This document shows positions 1 to 10,176 of a stretch of DNA of 64,000 nucleotides, piece by piece. Source of the DNA: Fidelibacterota bacterium (lineage in GTDB: Bacteria; Fidelibacterota; Marinisomatia; Marinisomatales; UBA2128); NCBI GenBank assembly GCA_046861645.1, contig JBHHUM010000001.1, forward strand, positions 1 to 64,000. Direction: 5' to 3'. The stretch's first letter is position 1. Each line of letters starts with the position of its first letter. Under the pieces are notes generated by a model. That model ran no database searches. It saw nothing but the letters and a program-made list of their open reading frames with translations, and was not told the DNA's origin. Made by a program: the position numbers and the translations under genes.

Positions 1-1269
1 CTTCAATTCTTGCTAAAACAGAGCCACAATTTGAGCAGAGAGGTTCAGCTTCATCATCTGTCACAGGGTGGACTCTTTAGAACTCTTCAACAATTAAGAG
101 AAGGTGAGATACCACTTTCCTTTGGAAGTTTCGAGGCAATCCGGGATACCTGTTTCATTACAACCGAACGGAAAGGACTTTTTCATGAAATATCCTCTAC
201 TGCTTACATAGGTAGTGACACTGTTCGTACAAGAGCTATCTTGGGATATTCAGTAGACAGACTCTTCGACAATGCTCTTTCCTTAACAGGGACCAGGCCT
301 ATGCTAGTGATATCGTCAGGCACATATGTTGAGGGTAGCGTCGGTTTAAACGATGGGTTAGTGCGGTATTCACCCCCCTACATTGAGGAGCAACAACCCC
401 TCAATGGACAAGTAGTGGAAGATAGTTCCTTTGGAGATTTCACCCTCGCTGCTGGAGCTTTGGACTCGATCTTGGGCAGTTACAGATCCCGACTGGAAGA
501 ATATGATCCGTCACTTTTCAACGTTATCGAGGGTGGGATTTATGATGCCCAGGAATTAACGGCTTATTCTCACGTTTATGTTGATGGTGATCTTGTTCTG
601 AAATCCGATAGCGGATATCTGGAACAGACTGAAATCATAATCTGCAAGCACAACCTCACTGTTGAAGGACGGATAACAATATCTAAACCGATAGAACTCA
701 TCGCTGGAGAGAACGTGTTCATCAAGGACAGTAGCCAAGTTACAAACGCAGTCATCTTCGCTAAGGGGGGGATCTACTTTCAAGGGTTCTGCAATGCCAC
801 GGGGCAATTTCTCTCCGAGAAGCAAATTATGGTTACCGGTCATGCCAGCTTAAGGTTTCCCTCTTATCTGGTTGTACCTGTCAACTCAGAAAAGGTGTTT
901 GGCGATCCAGAAGTGGCTATTCTTAAGAACTCGAGCTTTGCAGGGTCTGTTTTGGTCTATCAACGAAATGAGTCAAGTGATCAGGACGGCTCATTTAATC
1001 TTCCTGGTCGGGTGAAAGTCGAATCTTCAGCTTCGTTTACGGGTGGTATCTATTGTGAAGGCAATGCCGAAATCTACGGTAAGATTGACGGTTTCATTCA
1101 TGCCGAGAACCTGGAACAGATGGATGGTGTCACTCGCTGGACAAATCTCCTCAAGAATACTCAACTTTATAGACATACTCTATCACCTGACTATCCACTA
1201 CCACCTGTCTTTAATTCCATGCAGGAATTATCTTTTCTAGAGATTAGGAGAGTAGACAACTTGCAATGA
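1..1269 (+). CDS. Pilus/T2SS-cluster protein with C-terminal beta-helix-like repeats (PilX/GspK-like), 5' partial
   Basis: Frame is open from base 1; repetitive xIxxxGxIx strands in the C-terminal half; overlaps the next prepilin gene (ATGA). Confidence 0.5.
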   Translation, partial: LQFLLKQSHNLSREVQLHHLSQGGLFRTLQQLREGEIPLSFGSFEAIRDTCFITTERKGLFHEISSTAYIGSDTVRTRAILGYSVDRLFDNALSLTGTRPMLVISSGTYVEGSVGLNDGLVRYSPPYIEEQQPLNGQVVEDSSFGDFTLAAGALDSILGSYRSRLEEYDPSLFNVIEGGIYDAQELTAYSHVYVDGDLVLKSDSGYLEQTEIIICKHNLTVEGRITISKPIELIAGENVFIKDSSQVTNAVIFAKGGIYFQGFCNATGQFLSEKQIMVTGHASLRFPSYLVVPVNSEKVFGDPEVAILKNSSFAGSVLVYQRNESSDQDGSFNLPGRVKVESSASFTGGIYCEGNAEIYGKIDGFIHAENLEQMDGVTRWTNLLKNTQLYRHTLSPDYPLPPVFNSMQELSFLEIRRVDNLQ

Positions 1270-1631
1270 CACACGATAACAAAAAGATCACTAACACCAA
1301 CAGCTCAGAGGGTTTTACTCTAATAGAGGTTTTGGTTTCAGTAGCTCTCTTGGGACTCGTTGTCTTGTTGATGGGTGGCATCTTTTCTTTTCTGAATCAA
1401 CCCACCCTTCTACACCGATCCAAAATTATCCTGCATGCCAATGAGCAGTTTGAGGGGTTGGTAGCAGGGACACTGAAACCCGACGATATTGAGCCTCTAT
1501 ATAAGAGACTTCTCTTCGAATCACAAGTGGACTCATTCGGAGGACTTGTCACGTTTAGGTTAGATATTAAGAAGAGAAGATCAGAGAAAACTATCTATCA
1601 ACTTAGAACCTATCGGGTTTATAGAGAATGA
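1266..1631 (+). CDS. Prepilin-type N-terminal cleavage/methylation protein (minor pilin/pseudopilin)
   Basis: G|FTLIEVLVSVALLG class III signal with E+5. Confidence 0.85.
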   Translation: MTHDNKKITNTNSSEGFTLIEVLVSVALLGLVVLLMGGIFSFLNQPTLLHRSKIILHANEQFEGLVAGTLKPDDIEPLYKRLLFESQVDSFGGLVTFRLDIKKRRSEKTIYQLRTYRVYRE

Positions 1632-2212
1632 AGAAGCATCTGCACCAGAAAGGATACACCTTAACTGAGATGCTTGTGGCTATGGGACTATTAGGGTTGG
1701 TATTCATCTTTTCCTTAAACTTCGTACGGTTTTCTAACGCGAGGTTTACATTGTGGCATAAAAGAGCTGATGAAGAGATTGATCTTTCCCGGATGCAGAG
1801 AACGATGGTCAATGATATGGCAGAAGGGAGATTTTGCTATCAGCTTGATTCTCTTCTGGTAAATTTATCTACAGATAGTAACCTAATTATCTACACATTC
1901 AAAAATGGGAAGATCCAGAAAAATGGACGTACTGTCATTGATGGTACTTTGGGGATAGATTCGGTACGGTTTGTATTAGACGTGTGGAACACAAAGGAAG
2001 AAAAGATCAAAAAAGTTTTTGCAGACTCGTTGGATAAGTACCTTCAAGAGATGACACCTAATGAAAAAGAATATCTCTTTATCACCAGCTACAGTCTAAA
2101 GATTTTTACCTCAACCATTGGCATCGACTCGAGCCACACCATGCGAAGTCTATTCCCCATCTCAGCTTTTACACCGTTGAAACTCGTTTATAGGGTAAGC
2201 CATGCCGAGTAG
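1628..2212 (+). CDS. Prepilin-type protein (minor pilin/pseudopilin)
   Basis: KG|YTLTEMLVAMGLLG class III signal. Confidence 0.85.
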   Translation: MKKHLHQKGYTLTEMLVAMGLLGLVFIFSLNFVRFSNARFTLWHKRADEEIDLSRMQRTMVNDMAEGRFCYQLDSLLVNLSTDSNLIIYTFKNGKIQKNGRTVIDGTLGIDSVRFVLDVWNTKEEKIKKVFADSLDKYLQEMTPNEKEYLFITSYSLKIFTSTIGIDSSHTMRSLFPISAFTPLKLVYRVSHAE

Positions 2213-3163
2213 TACTCTTGTTTTGAGAGCAGAGGTGACTCAGAGATTCAAGTTGCTAAATTGGATCCCTAGCCGGCAGAGGCGGCAGCTCGTTCATACT
2301 ATGGTAAGAAAATTAAGCATGTTGTTGGATTCCGGGATTCAGCTAAACAAAAGCCTGCGACTAGTATCTCAAACGGGCAAGAAGAAGAGACAGAAGACCT
2401 TCCAAGCTGTTACTCAGCAACTTAGTCAAGCAGTAGAGTCTGGGGTAAGTTTTCATGAAGGTCTGGGAAAGTACCCTCTATGGTTCTCTCCTATGATGGT
2501 GGCTCTTGTGAGAGTGGGGGAAGAGAGTGGTCGTTTGACTAAAGTCATTCAGGAACTTCTTAGATACATGGATGTCCGGGAGAAGTATCGTAAGAGGTTG
2601 GCAGCGGCCTTGACCTATCCCCTAGTAGTGGTGGGAGTGGCCATCTTGACAGTTGTATTTCTGATAGTTTTTGTCCTCCCCACCTTTTCTTCCATGTACG
2701 CTGATATGGGCATGGAGCTACCAAAATTCACATCTTTTCTGCTATCTGTTGGCAACTCCTTAGGTATTATCATTGTAGGAATGATCGTTGTTATCATTCC
2801 TCTTGCTATAATAGTTTAGAGGTCTGTAAGACAATAACTCGGTATCCCTTTACACGGGGAATGTTCGATTTTATGATTCGCCATTTCATGGAGGGTAGAA
2901 CTTTTTCCGATTTGGTATCACAAATAGATATTCTGGAGCCGGAATATACTCATATAATCGCCATCAGCGAAAATACTGGTAACCTAACAAGCGCTTTTAG
3001 GCACATTAGAGATACAGTAACATCAGAATTTGAGAGCAGGCTTGAAGGGCTGAGCTCACTACTGGAGCCAGTCATTGTTGTAGGTCTCGGCCTAATAGTG
3101 GGTCTCATTCTGGTGGGGATGTATCTTCCATTATTTGAGCTTTCTTCAACAGCAGCATTTTAA
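2202..3163 (+). pseudogene. Type II secretion F / PilC platform protein, disrupted (stop at 2817-2819, frame change, probable internal deletion)
   Basis: LSMLLDSG..GEESGRL..ALTYP in the first part; ISENTGNL..SLLEPVIVV..MYLPLF in another frame; PilC-like text (NSLEVCKTITRYPF) continues upstream of 2861 in the second frame. Confidence 0.8.
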
Positions 3164-3178
3164 TGGAGGTATGATACT

Positions 3179-3598
3179 ATGAGACTGAACAAAATAAGAG
3201 CAAAGTATCTGTCGAGTCAGGGTGGGTTTACGTTAACAGAATTGCTAGTCGTCCTGGTGATAATAGGTCTTCTGGTCCTCTTGGCAGTACCAAAGTTCAC
3301 ATCAGTAGTGGGGAAGACCAAGAAGACAGAAGCCAAGTTGATGTTAAACCAGGTGCATGTCCTTGAGGAATCCTATAGAGATGAACATGACCGTTATTCC
3401 CAGGACTTGGAGGAAATCGGCTTTGAACAGGAGAAACTTACAACAGAAGGGGGTAAGGCAAGGTACAAAATTGAGATTGTGGAAGCAGACGATACCTCCT
3501 TCGTGGCCACAGCCATTGCTGTAGTAGATATTGACAGGGATGGTGTAATGGACAAGTGGCAGATTGACCATCAAAAAGAGCTAAAGAACCTGAAATAG
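3179..3598 (+). CDS. Major type IV pilin / GspG-like pseudopilin
   Basis: GG|FTLTELLVVLVIIGLLVLLAVP; C-terminal FVATA..DIDRDGVMDKW; RBS GGAGG upstream. Confidence 0.85.
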   Translation: MRLNKIRAKYLSSQGGFTLTELLVVLVIIGLLVLLAVPKFTSVVGKTKKTEAKLMLNQVHVLEESYRDEHDRYSQDLEEIGFEQEKLTTEGGKARYKIEIVEADDTSFVATAIAVVDIDRDGVMDKWQIDHQKELKNLK

Positions 3599-3793
3599 TA
3601 TCAACATTTATATCTCGTCTAGGGAGTCTGTACTACTGTACACCCACGTCCTTGAGTAATAGATCCTAAACGGAATCAGTCCACTTTCCTTTTTGGTGGA
3701 AAAGCAAGTAAAAAAGACGAAAATAGGTGAACTGTCTAGATTAAAATAACTTCCTAGACACGTCGATAAAATGCGTGTTTCTCTAAGTCTACT

Positions 3794-5296
3794 TTACTGC
3801 ATAGAGCTAGTCTTCAGTGCCACCAGAGCGTAGGAGACACCCAGCGCTTCAGCTACCTTCTTCTTATTGTGTTGATATTTGGCCAAGATGAAAGTGAATA
3901 GATCTTCTTCGAACTTCTCATTGGCCTGTCGCCAGGTCAGAGGTATTAAAGACTCTATGTAGTCATTGAAATGGACATTACCCTTAAGAGGTCCTTTTCT
4001 GGGTCGCCCTCTTTTTAGATCAAGCTTCTTCTGGTATTTGAAGTAAGTACGAGTGTTAATCTTAAGATGGTGGCACATCTCGGGAGCGTTCTTTGTTCTT
4101 TCCAAGTGGAGGATAAGAAGACTTCTGTGGAATATCTCTCGAATTTCCTGTAGAGTTTTATTCATGGTAAATCCGAATATCTTATCTTTAATCTCTATAT
4201 GGGGGAAGCTCTGGTTTCTATCGAGGAAGTTTATGTATGCGTCTAACAACTTCTTTCTGTAGCCAGTCAGTCGTAGCCCAGTATCGATTTCTTTCTGAAG
4301 CTCCAGGAATCCCTTTCTGTAGAAGTAATCAGCCATACCTGGTTCTCCCAACTTCTCATGACAAAGACCAAGTTTGTAATAGTCCTCAAACGCCATATCT
4401 CTCATCTTATATATAGTAGTAATTCTTAGAGATTGAATATGATGCTTGACTGCTTCGCGGTAGTTCTCCCGCTCGAATTCCAAGTAGCCGATATTCTGTA
4501 GAGCTAAAGCCAGTGGATATGGAGTAAGATTTTTTTTAATGAGTTTGTTAAACAGTTCTCTTGCCTTATTGTACTCCTCATTTTGAATTAACAGCCACCC
4601 TTTATCATTGTGTACTGAGTTTAGGATATTAGAAAGAGATTTCTCTACGGCGATTTCGGCAGTTTCCTCTAGGAGACTTTCCGCCTTATCCAACTGACCG
4701 AGATTCCTATAAGAAGATGCCATGTGACGTAAAATTCTTGCTATTCGTACATGGTTTTTCTCCAACTGATAATGTTTTAGACAATTGGATAACATCTCAA
4801 GCGACAGTTCTGGGTTTGAGTCCTCGTAACAGAGAGCTTTCTGTGTTCTAAGTTTCCATGTTAGTTTCTTATTCTGGGTTAACTCTTCTGCTTGGTCCAG
4901 GATAGCTACCGCTTCTCGTTCATAGCCAAGCTTCCTTAACAGAGCCGATAATTCAGAATATACAATTGCTTGCAGCTCAGGAGTTTTCACTAGAGCGAGA
5001 GCTCTGTGGAATGCTGAAAAAGATCTGTTATAGTCGCCTGTGAAAGTATGGACTCCTGCCACTGTGGCTAATGCTGCTCCCTTCAGGTCTGGATCTGATA
5101 TGCTGGTAATATGATCGAGCTTCTCGAGTGATTTATCTGTAGAAATAACATTGGTGTCATAGATGTCGTTGAGAATTTCAGTGTAGTGATCGATAAGAAT
5201 ATTCTTAACAAGATCTGCCTCTGAATGGGGTGATTCGGGAAGAGGTATCAAGCTAGTTGCTTCTATAGATACTGTGCCGGTAATTAAACGCATCAA
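3794..5296 (-). CDS. TPR-repeat protein with two C-terminal Fis-like HTH segments (putative regulator)
   Basis: Tandem TPR helices (ALALQNIGYLEFERENYREA; YYKLGLCHEKLGE); NAPEMCHHLKINTRTYFKY and NKKKVAEALGVSY HTH-like motifs. Confidence 0.65.
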   Translation of the reverse strand: MMRLITGTVSIEATSLIPLPESPHSEADLVKNILIDHYTEILNDIYDTNVISTDKSLEKLDHITSISDPDLKGAALATVAGVHTFTGDYNRSFSAFHRALALVKTPELQAIVYSELSALLRKLGYEREAVAILDQAEELTQNKKLTWKLRTQKALCYEDSNPELSLEMLSNCLKHYQLEKNHVRIARILRHMASSYRNLGQLDKAESLLEETAEIAVEKSLSNILNSVHNDKGWLLIQNEEYNKARELFNKLIKKNLTPYPLALALQNIGYLEFERENYREAVKHHIQSLRITTIYKMRDMAFEDYYKLGLCHEKLGEPGMADYFYRKGFLELQKEIDTGLRLTGYRKKLLDAYINFLDRNQSFPHIEIKDKIFGFTMNKTLQEIREIFHRSLLILHLERTKNAPEMCHHLKINTRTYFKYQKKLDLKRGRPRKGPLKGNVHFNDYIESLIPLTWRQANEKFEEDLFTFILAKYQHNKKKVAEALGVSYALVALKTSSMQ

Positions 5297-5582
5297 TTAT
5301 TTCCTCACGTATGTTTTATGGTGTTTGTACTTTTATCTGCTGATTCTCAGTTATCAAGGATTTTGTCATGGTCCATTTCTCTTCTATAGTAAACCGAACT
5401 ATTAATAAATTTAAGGACTATCTTAATACTAATCTAAGAATTATTATAAAATTTTATCTAATTATTCTTGAAGTTTAATCTGAGTGTGTGGATTTCCCCC
5501 ATACTTGATACTTGCTTATGAATATCTCTTTTTTCCATTATATCATTTATACTAAAAAAACCAACTCAATTTATGAGTTTTG

Positions 5583-5741
5583 TGTCAGTTAAGTGACAGC
5601 TCCTAATATGTGACAGAAACCAGATACGCCCGAACCAAGCATGTCCTGATTTTGTCACATTTTCTGGGCTTGTTTTTCCAGCTCTTCTTTTGTGACAATT
5701 AAGGTAAACGCCCGGACCAGGCTTGCCTAGAAAGTGTCACA
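5583..5741. promoter_or_regulatory. Cluster of inverted-repeat sites: TGTCA-N6-TGACA plus two 51-bp TGTGACA-N37-TGTCACA units
   Basis: Units at 5609-5659 and 5691-5741 have identical spacing and a shared core (ACGCCCGRACCARGC) at the same offset. Confidence 0.6.
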
Positions 5742-6342
5742 TAAACTGAGCTGTGAATATGAGTATTCTACAACTGATATAATTGTCTTCTTAGTGACGA
5801 GGATAGAGAAGTATAAAAACCTTTTGGTTGAGGAGGATTTTCTGGTTATTCAAGGGGGATACGCTTATTGCCACCCCCATAATACACATTTCACCACCCA
5901 AGAAATACAGCATTTGACAAATTGCGGGGTTCCCTGATATCGAGTATATTGTAATAGATTAAGTTAAATCCTAATGATTGCAAGACCATGAAAATGGCCT
6001 TAGTGAAATAAGCGGAACTGAAGACCCCTTTCGTTAACTTGGGTTCTTGCTCTTTTACCAGCTTAAGACTTGATTGAATTTTCTTGAATAAGTGGCTGGA
6101 TGCACTCAAATTTGAAATAAGATGTCTTTATTGCTAACCATATTCCATTCGTTTATCAGGTTGTTTTGCCTGTTAATACTCACAGAGAGATTGATCGGTT
6201 CCTCCAGGGTTGATGTGACCTTCAGAAAATGGAACAAGACAGCATATGACTTTCATAAAATGATTAGTATGGGTAGAATAGTTAGTAAAACTAAGGCATT
6301 TGAAAGAATTGGACATATATTTAATCTAACTACAAATGCACA

Positions 6343-7539
6343 TTGAAAGAACATTTGCTTGATGCAAATAAATTGAAACTAATAATAACCATAGTAACGA
6401 CAGTCTTCTTTTTTGGGGGCTGCTACAATGAGCCAACTTCACAACATAATGGAGAAGACGGACAGACAGATTCCACAGCCTACCGTTTGTATGCCACATA
6501 TTATAGCAGTAACTATGAAAATGGGGTATTAATTATAGACCCCCTATCTTTAACTGTTTTAGATACCATTCAACTCAATATATCTACATACTTTATAAGG
6601 ATATCCAATGATTCCAACTACTTTTATCTTGGGGAAATATTAGATTTTAGCTTCAATCCACCAACGATAGTTACTAAGGTACATAAATACAATATCGAGA
6701 CAATCGAAGTTATTGACACCTGGGATGTTCCTGGAGATATTATTGAAATGTCAAGTAACGAAAGATATTTATTTATTAATAGTAGTATCGCTGTTGATAC
6801 ATTTTGGGTTTACGACACATATAATAAAGAAATCATATATAAGGATTCTACTTTTCGGGTCTGGGCAAGAGCTTTTGATCCGGATGATTCTGGATTTTAT
6901 GTGATGTATCGTCATGCTGATTCTACGTATGGTACCAATGGGATTTTTCATTTTGACCCAGAAGTTGGACAAATTGACCGATTTTATGAAATAGGAACAA
7001 TACATGAACAACGAGAAATTATTCCCGATGATTTGGTTACAACTCACGATGGAAGTAAGTTGATGTTTACCTATATGACCACTGACCTCTTTAATGATGC
7101 AAGACTTCGTGTTATTAATACGGAGACAGGAGAAATAGAGACTACAATACAGATTAATGGTCAAGCAAAGTTAGCTATTACAAACAATGATGATTATGTG
7201 TACATTGCTGATTCAGGTTTATGGGAGCTGGACGTTTCTCCAAGTGGAATTATTTGCAAATATGACGTAAATAATCAAACAGTAGAATTTTTAATAGATA
7301 TGAAAAATTTCATTGATACTCCACACTTTAATATTTATCCAATTGCAAATCAACCTTTACTTTTTTCAAGGGACAGCTTATTAGCACTATCATCTATATA
7401 TCCTAATACAGATTTTGATTTAATGGTGTGGAATCTCAACAATAAAACACTGATAGGTACACTTCAAATAGATACAACGGAAGTATGGACCAATATCTAC
7501 ACAATGATATTAAAAGAGATATCTATACATACACAATAA
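6343..7539 (+). CDS. Lipoprotein, YncE/YVTN-like beta-propeller
   Basis: Hydrophobic signal ending FFFGG-C; repeated propeller blades (VLIIDPLSLTVLDTIQL, LRVINTETGEIETTIQI); AT-rich. Confidence 0.6.
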   Translation: MKEHLLDANKLKLIITIVTTVFFFGGCYNEPTSQHNGEDGQTDSTAYRLYATYYSSNYENGVLIIDPLSLTVLDTIQLNISTYFIRISNDSNYFYLGEILDFSFNPPTIVTKVHKYNIETIEVIDTWDVPGDIIEMSSNERYLFINSSIAVDTFWVYDTYNKEIIYKDSTFRVWARAFDPDDSGFYVMYRHADSTYGTNGIFHFDPEVGQIDRFYEIGTIHEQREIIPDDLVTTHDGSKLMFTYMTTDLFNDARLRVINTETGEIETTIQINGQAKLAITNNDDYVYIADSGLWELDVSPSGIICKYDVNNQTVEFLIDMKNFIDTPHFNIYPIANQPLLFSRDSLLALSSIYPNTDFDLMVWNLNNKTLIGTLQIDTTEVWTNIYTMILKEISIHTQ

Positions 7540-7601
7540 TTCACATGATATTTTTAAATTGACACAAATATGATAAAAACGAAAATGAGGAGGATATAGT
7601 C

Positions 7602-9827
7602 ATGTCAAGAAACACATTATTATCACTTTTTATATTTTTGTTTCCTTGGGTGCTAATGTCTCAAGATTTCTACTACAGTTTGGATAAGCAAATACCTCTA
7701 ATTGATTCTGAAAACCAAGTTGTGATAATGATTGATGAAACAGATCCCTCAATGGTTAATGATGCAATTGAAAATGTTTGGTTTATTGATGAGTTTAAAT
7801 CAATATTCGCTAGTAGAGGTATCTTTCAATTCAACATATTACAAGGCTTATCTCTGGATGCTGCTGAGATAGAGCTAAATAGGATATTCAATGTTATTAA
7901 AAGAATTCCGGCTTTCTATCAGATTGACTTTAATGGAGATAAGTGGGACATGATCATGGCTGATGAATTTGTAGTAAAATTCGGTCCAGATGTAACTGAA
8001 GAACAGATAATTGCTTTAAACTCAGAACACAATGTAGAAATAATGTCATACAGTCCATGGTTAGGATATCTATTAAGGGTAACAGAGAATTCACAGTTAA
8101 ACGCCCTTGAAATAGCAAACCTCTATTATGAAAATCCACTTACGGTTTGGTCACACCCCAACTTTGTAGCAGAGGTGCGATTTGAACAGATTGAGGATGA
8201 TTTATTCGATAAACAGTGGTACCTCGATGACTCTAATCCAAGCCAGATAGATATTGACGCTGTACGAGCTTGGGGTGTCATAACTGGTAGCTCGGATATC
8301 ATTGTGGGAGTTCTTGATAGCGGTGTCGAAGAACACGAAGACCTTCCGGCAGAAGCACTTGTACAAGGTTACGATGCGGGGACAGGTCTTATTGGAGGAG
8401 GACCAACATCAATTGCTCACAGACATGGACAGTGTGTTGCCGGGATTATTGCTGCAAGACACAATACGATAGGTGTTCGCGGATTAGCAGACAACGTGAA
8501 AATAATGCCCATTCAGATTTTCAACTGGGGAGAAGTGCCACCACCAGACCCTATAAAGCCCAAGGAATTGCAGATGCTATAAATTGGGCATGGCAGCAAG
8601 GTGCCGATATACTTAATATGAGTTTTAAGACTGTTGAATTTGATGTTATTTCGCAATCTATTCGGGATGCTCTCCAGTATGGTCGAGATGGAAAAGGTAC
8701 AATGGTGGTGAAGTCGTCTGGTAACACGGAGGGTGGTGGTGTGACATACCCAGGGACCGTGCCAGGTGTGCTTGTGGTGGGAGCAGTAGACAGGTACGGA
8801 GATCCACAGTATTATACTGCTAGCGACCCGGAGGTAGATGTTGTAGCTCCCAGTTCTGAATACGGTCCTTGCGATTACAATGATATCGGTATATGGTCGA
8901 TCGACCGTGATCCATACGGCTACTCACCGAATTTCTGTGATGAATACCACGGGGACAATGAAGGGAAATACTTCTCTAACTTCACAGGTACTTCAGCAGC
9001 AGCGCCACAAGTTGCAGGCATTGGTGCACTGTTATTGTCATTAGATCCGTCTTTGGAGGCCAGAGCTGTGGGTCCGGACAAAAATCCTGAATTACAAGAT
9101 ATCATCAAAGAATCCGCTATTGATTTAGGAGACTATGATTGGGCTGGGCATGGTCTTGTAAATGCCTACTACGCAGTTGCGCCACCAGCTGCACCTCAGA
9201 ACCTTACGTTGACCAACGAGGGTGGTAACCCCCGTCTCAATTGGGATGCCAATACAGAGCCTGATCTAGACAAATACCATGTATATAAGAGGCTAACGTA
9301 TAATTGCCCACCTACTTGTGATACAGAAAATTTTATGTTCATTACAGACGAAAATACTTACATTGATAATGGATTTGACATTGGTGGCAGACCACCCTTC
9401 GACTTGGCAGAATACTGGATTAAGGCAGTAGATATCGGTGGACAGGAATCGAGTTCTTCAAACTCCGTTATAAAACCAGGGCATCAAACCGCACAGTGGA
9501 AAGAGTTGGTTGAAATGGCTCCCAATGTTCCGGAGGATTATAATCTTTCAGCAAACTCTCAATCCATTCAACCCTGTCACCACAATCCGCTACGATTTGC
9601 CAGAGGTTTCTCATGTCTCTCTGGTGATTTATGATATTCTTGGAAGAGAAGTACGCACACTCCTTGACAACAGAGAAGATACGGGGTTTAAGCGTGTAGT
9701 CTGGGATGGTAAGGATAATAGTGGGAATATAGCTTCTGCTGGGATTTACATCTATGCACTGAGAGCATGGTCACAAGAGAGTGAGAAAACATATCACAAA
9801 ACCCAGAAGATGGTGTTGTTGAGATGA
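7602..9827 (+). pseudogene. S8 subtilase with FN3-like and FlgD/T9SS-type C-terminal domain, two frameshifts (~8550, ~9558)
   Basis: Triad VGVLDSG / HRHGQCVAG / GTSAAAP split over ORFs 7602-8582 and 8432-9634; C-terminal NPFNPVTTIRYDLP..WDGKD..KMVLLR in ORF 9510-9827. Confidence 0.85.
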
Positions 9828-10080
9828 AGAGAAGACCTGTCCCTCGTAATGAAGTGGAGAGGGATTGTCTTGTTACGATAGTTTCCGGCTCTCAAAATCC
9901 CTAAGAGAAATACCTTAAAAGTGTAAACATTCTGCCGACTATGTTTTTCACGTATTTGTCTGCGTAGCTCCACGCTTTATGTTCTTGTTCTAGGTGTGTC
10001 TGGTTTTATCCCTGGTAGTTGAGCAGCGTTTCTGGTATGGTATATTGTTTTCTCTTCAAATCCTAAGTTTATTAAGTTTG

Positions 10081-10176
10081 ACGGTTGCTAACCCTGAAGG
10101 AAAGGAAATGATTCAACCACATCATTTAAGTGAAGCTATACAGTACCGGAGTCTTGACAGGCAGTTGTGGTTGTAA
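10081..10176 (+). pseudogene. comM: 3' fragment of comM/yifB (Mg-chelatase-like AAA+ ATPase)
   Basis: TVANPEGKEMIQPHHLSEAIQYRSLDRQLWL* resembles the ComM C-terminus (RTIADL..I...H..EAIQYR.LDR); no upstream ComM sequence. Confidence 0.75.

Noticed and set aside
3660..3790. Inverted repeats between the pilin and TPR genes (e.g. TGTCTAG-N14-CTAGACA, 3733-3760)
   Set aside because: Adequately explained as terminator-type hairpins between convergent genes
5583..5741. CRISPR mini-array
   Set aside because: Only two degenerate units and no cas genes; reported as operator-like repeats instead
5734..6346. Short ORFs in the divergent intergenic region as signalling-peptide genes
   Set aside because: No convincing RBS, signal peptide or recognisable family
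9994..10080. 60-aa ORF 9994-10176 as a real gene
   Set aside because: Only the last 31 codons resemble ComM; the rest is probably island-end sequence in frame by chance
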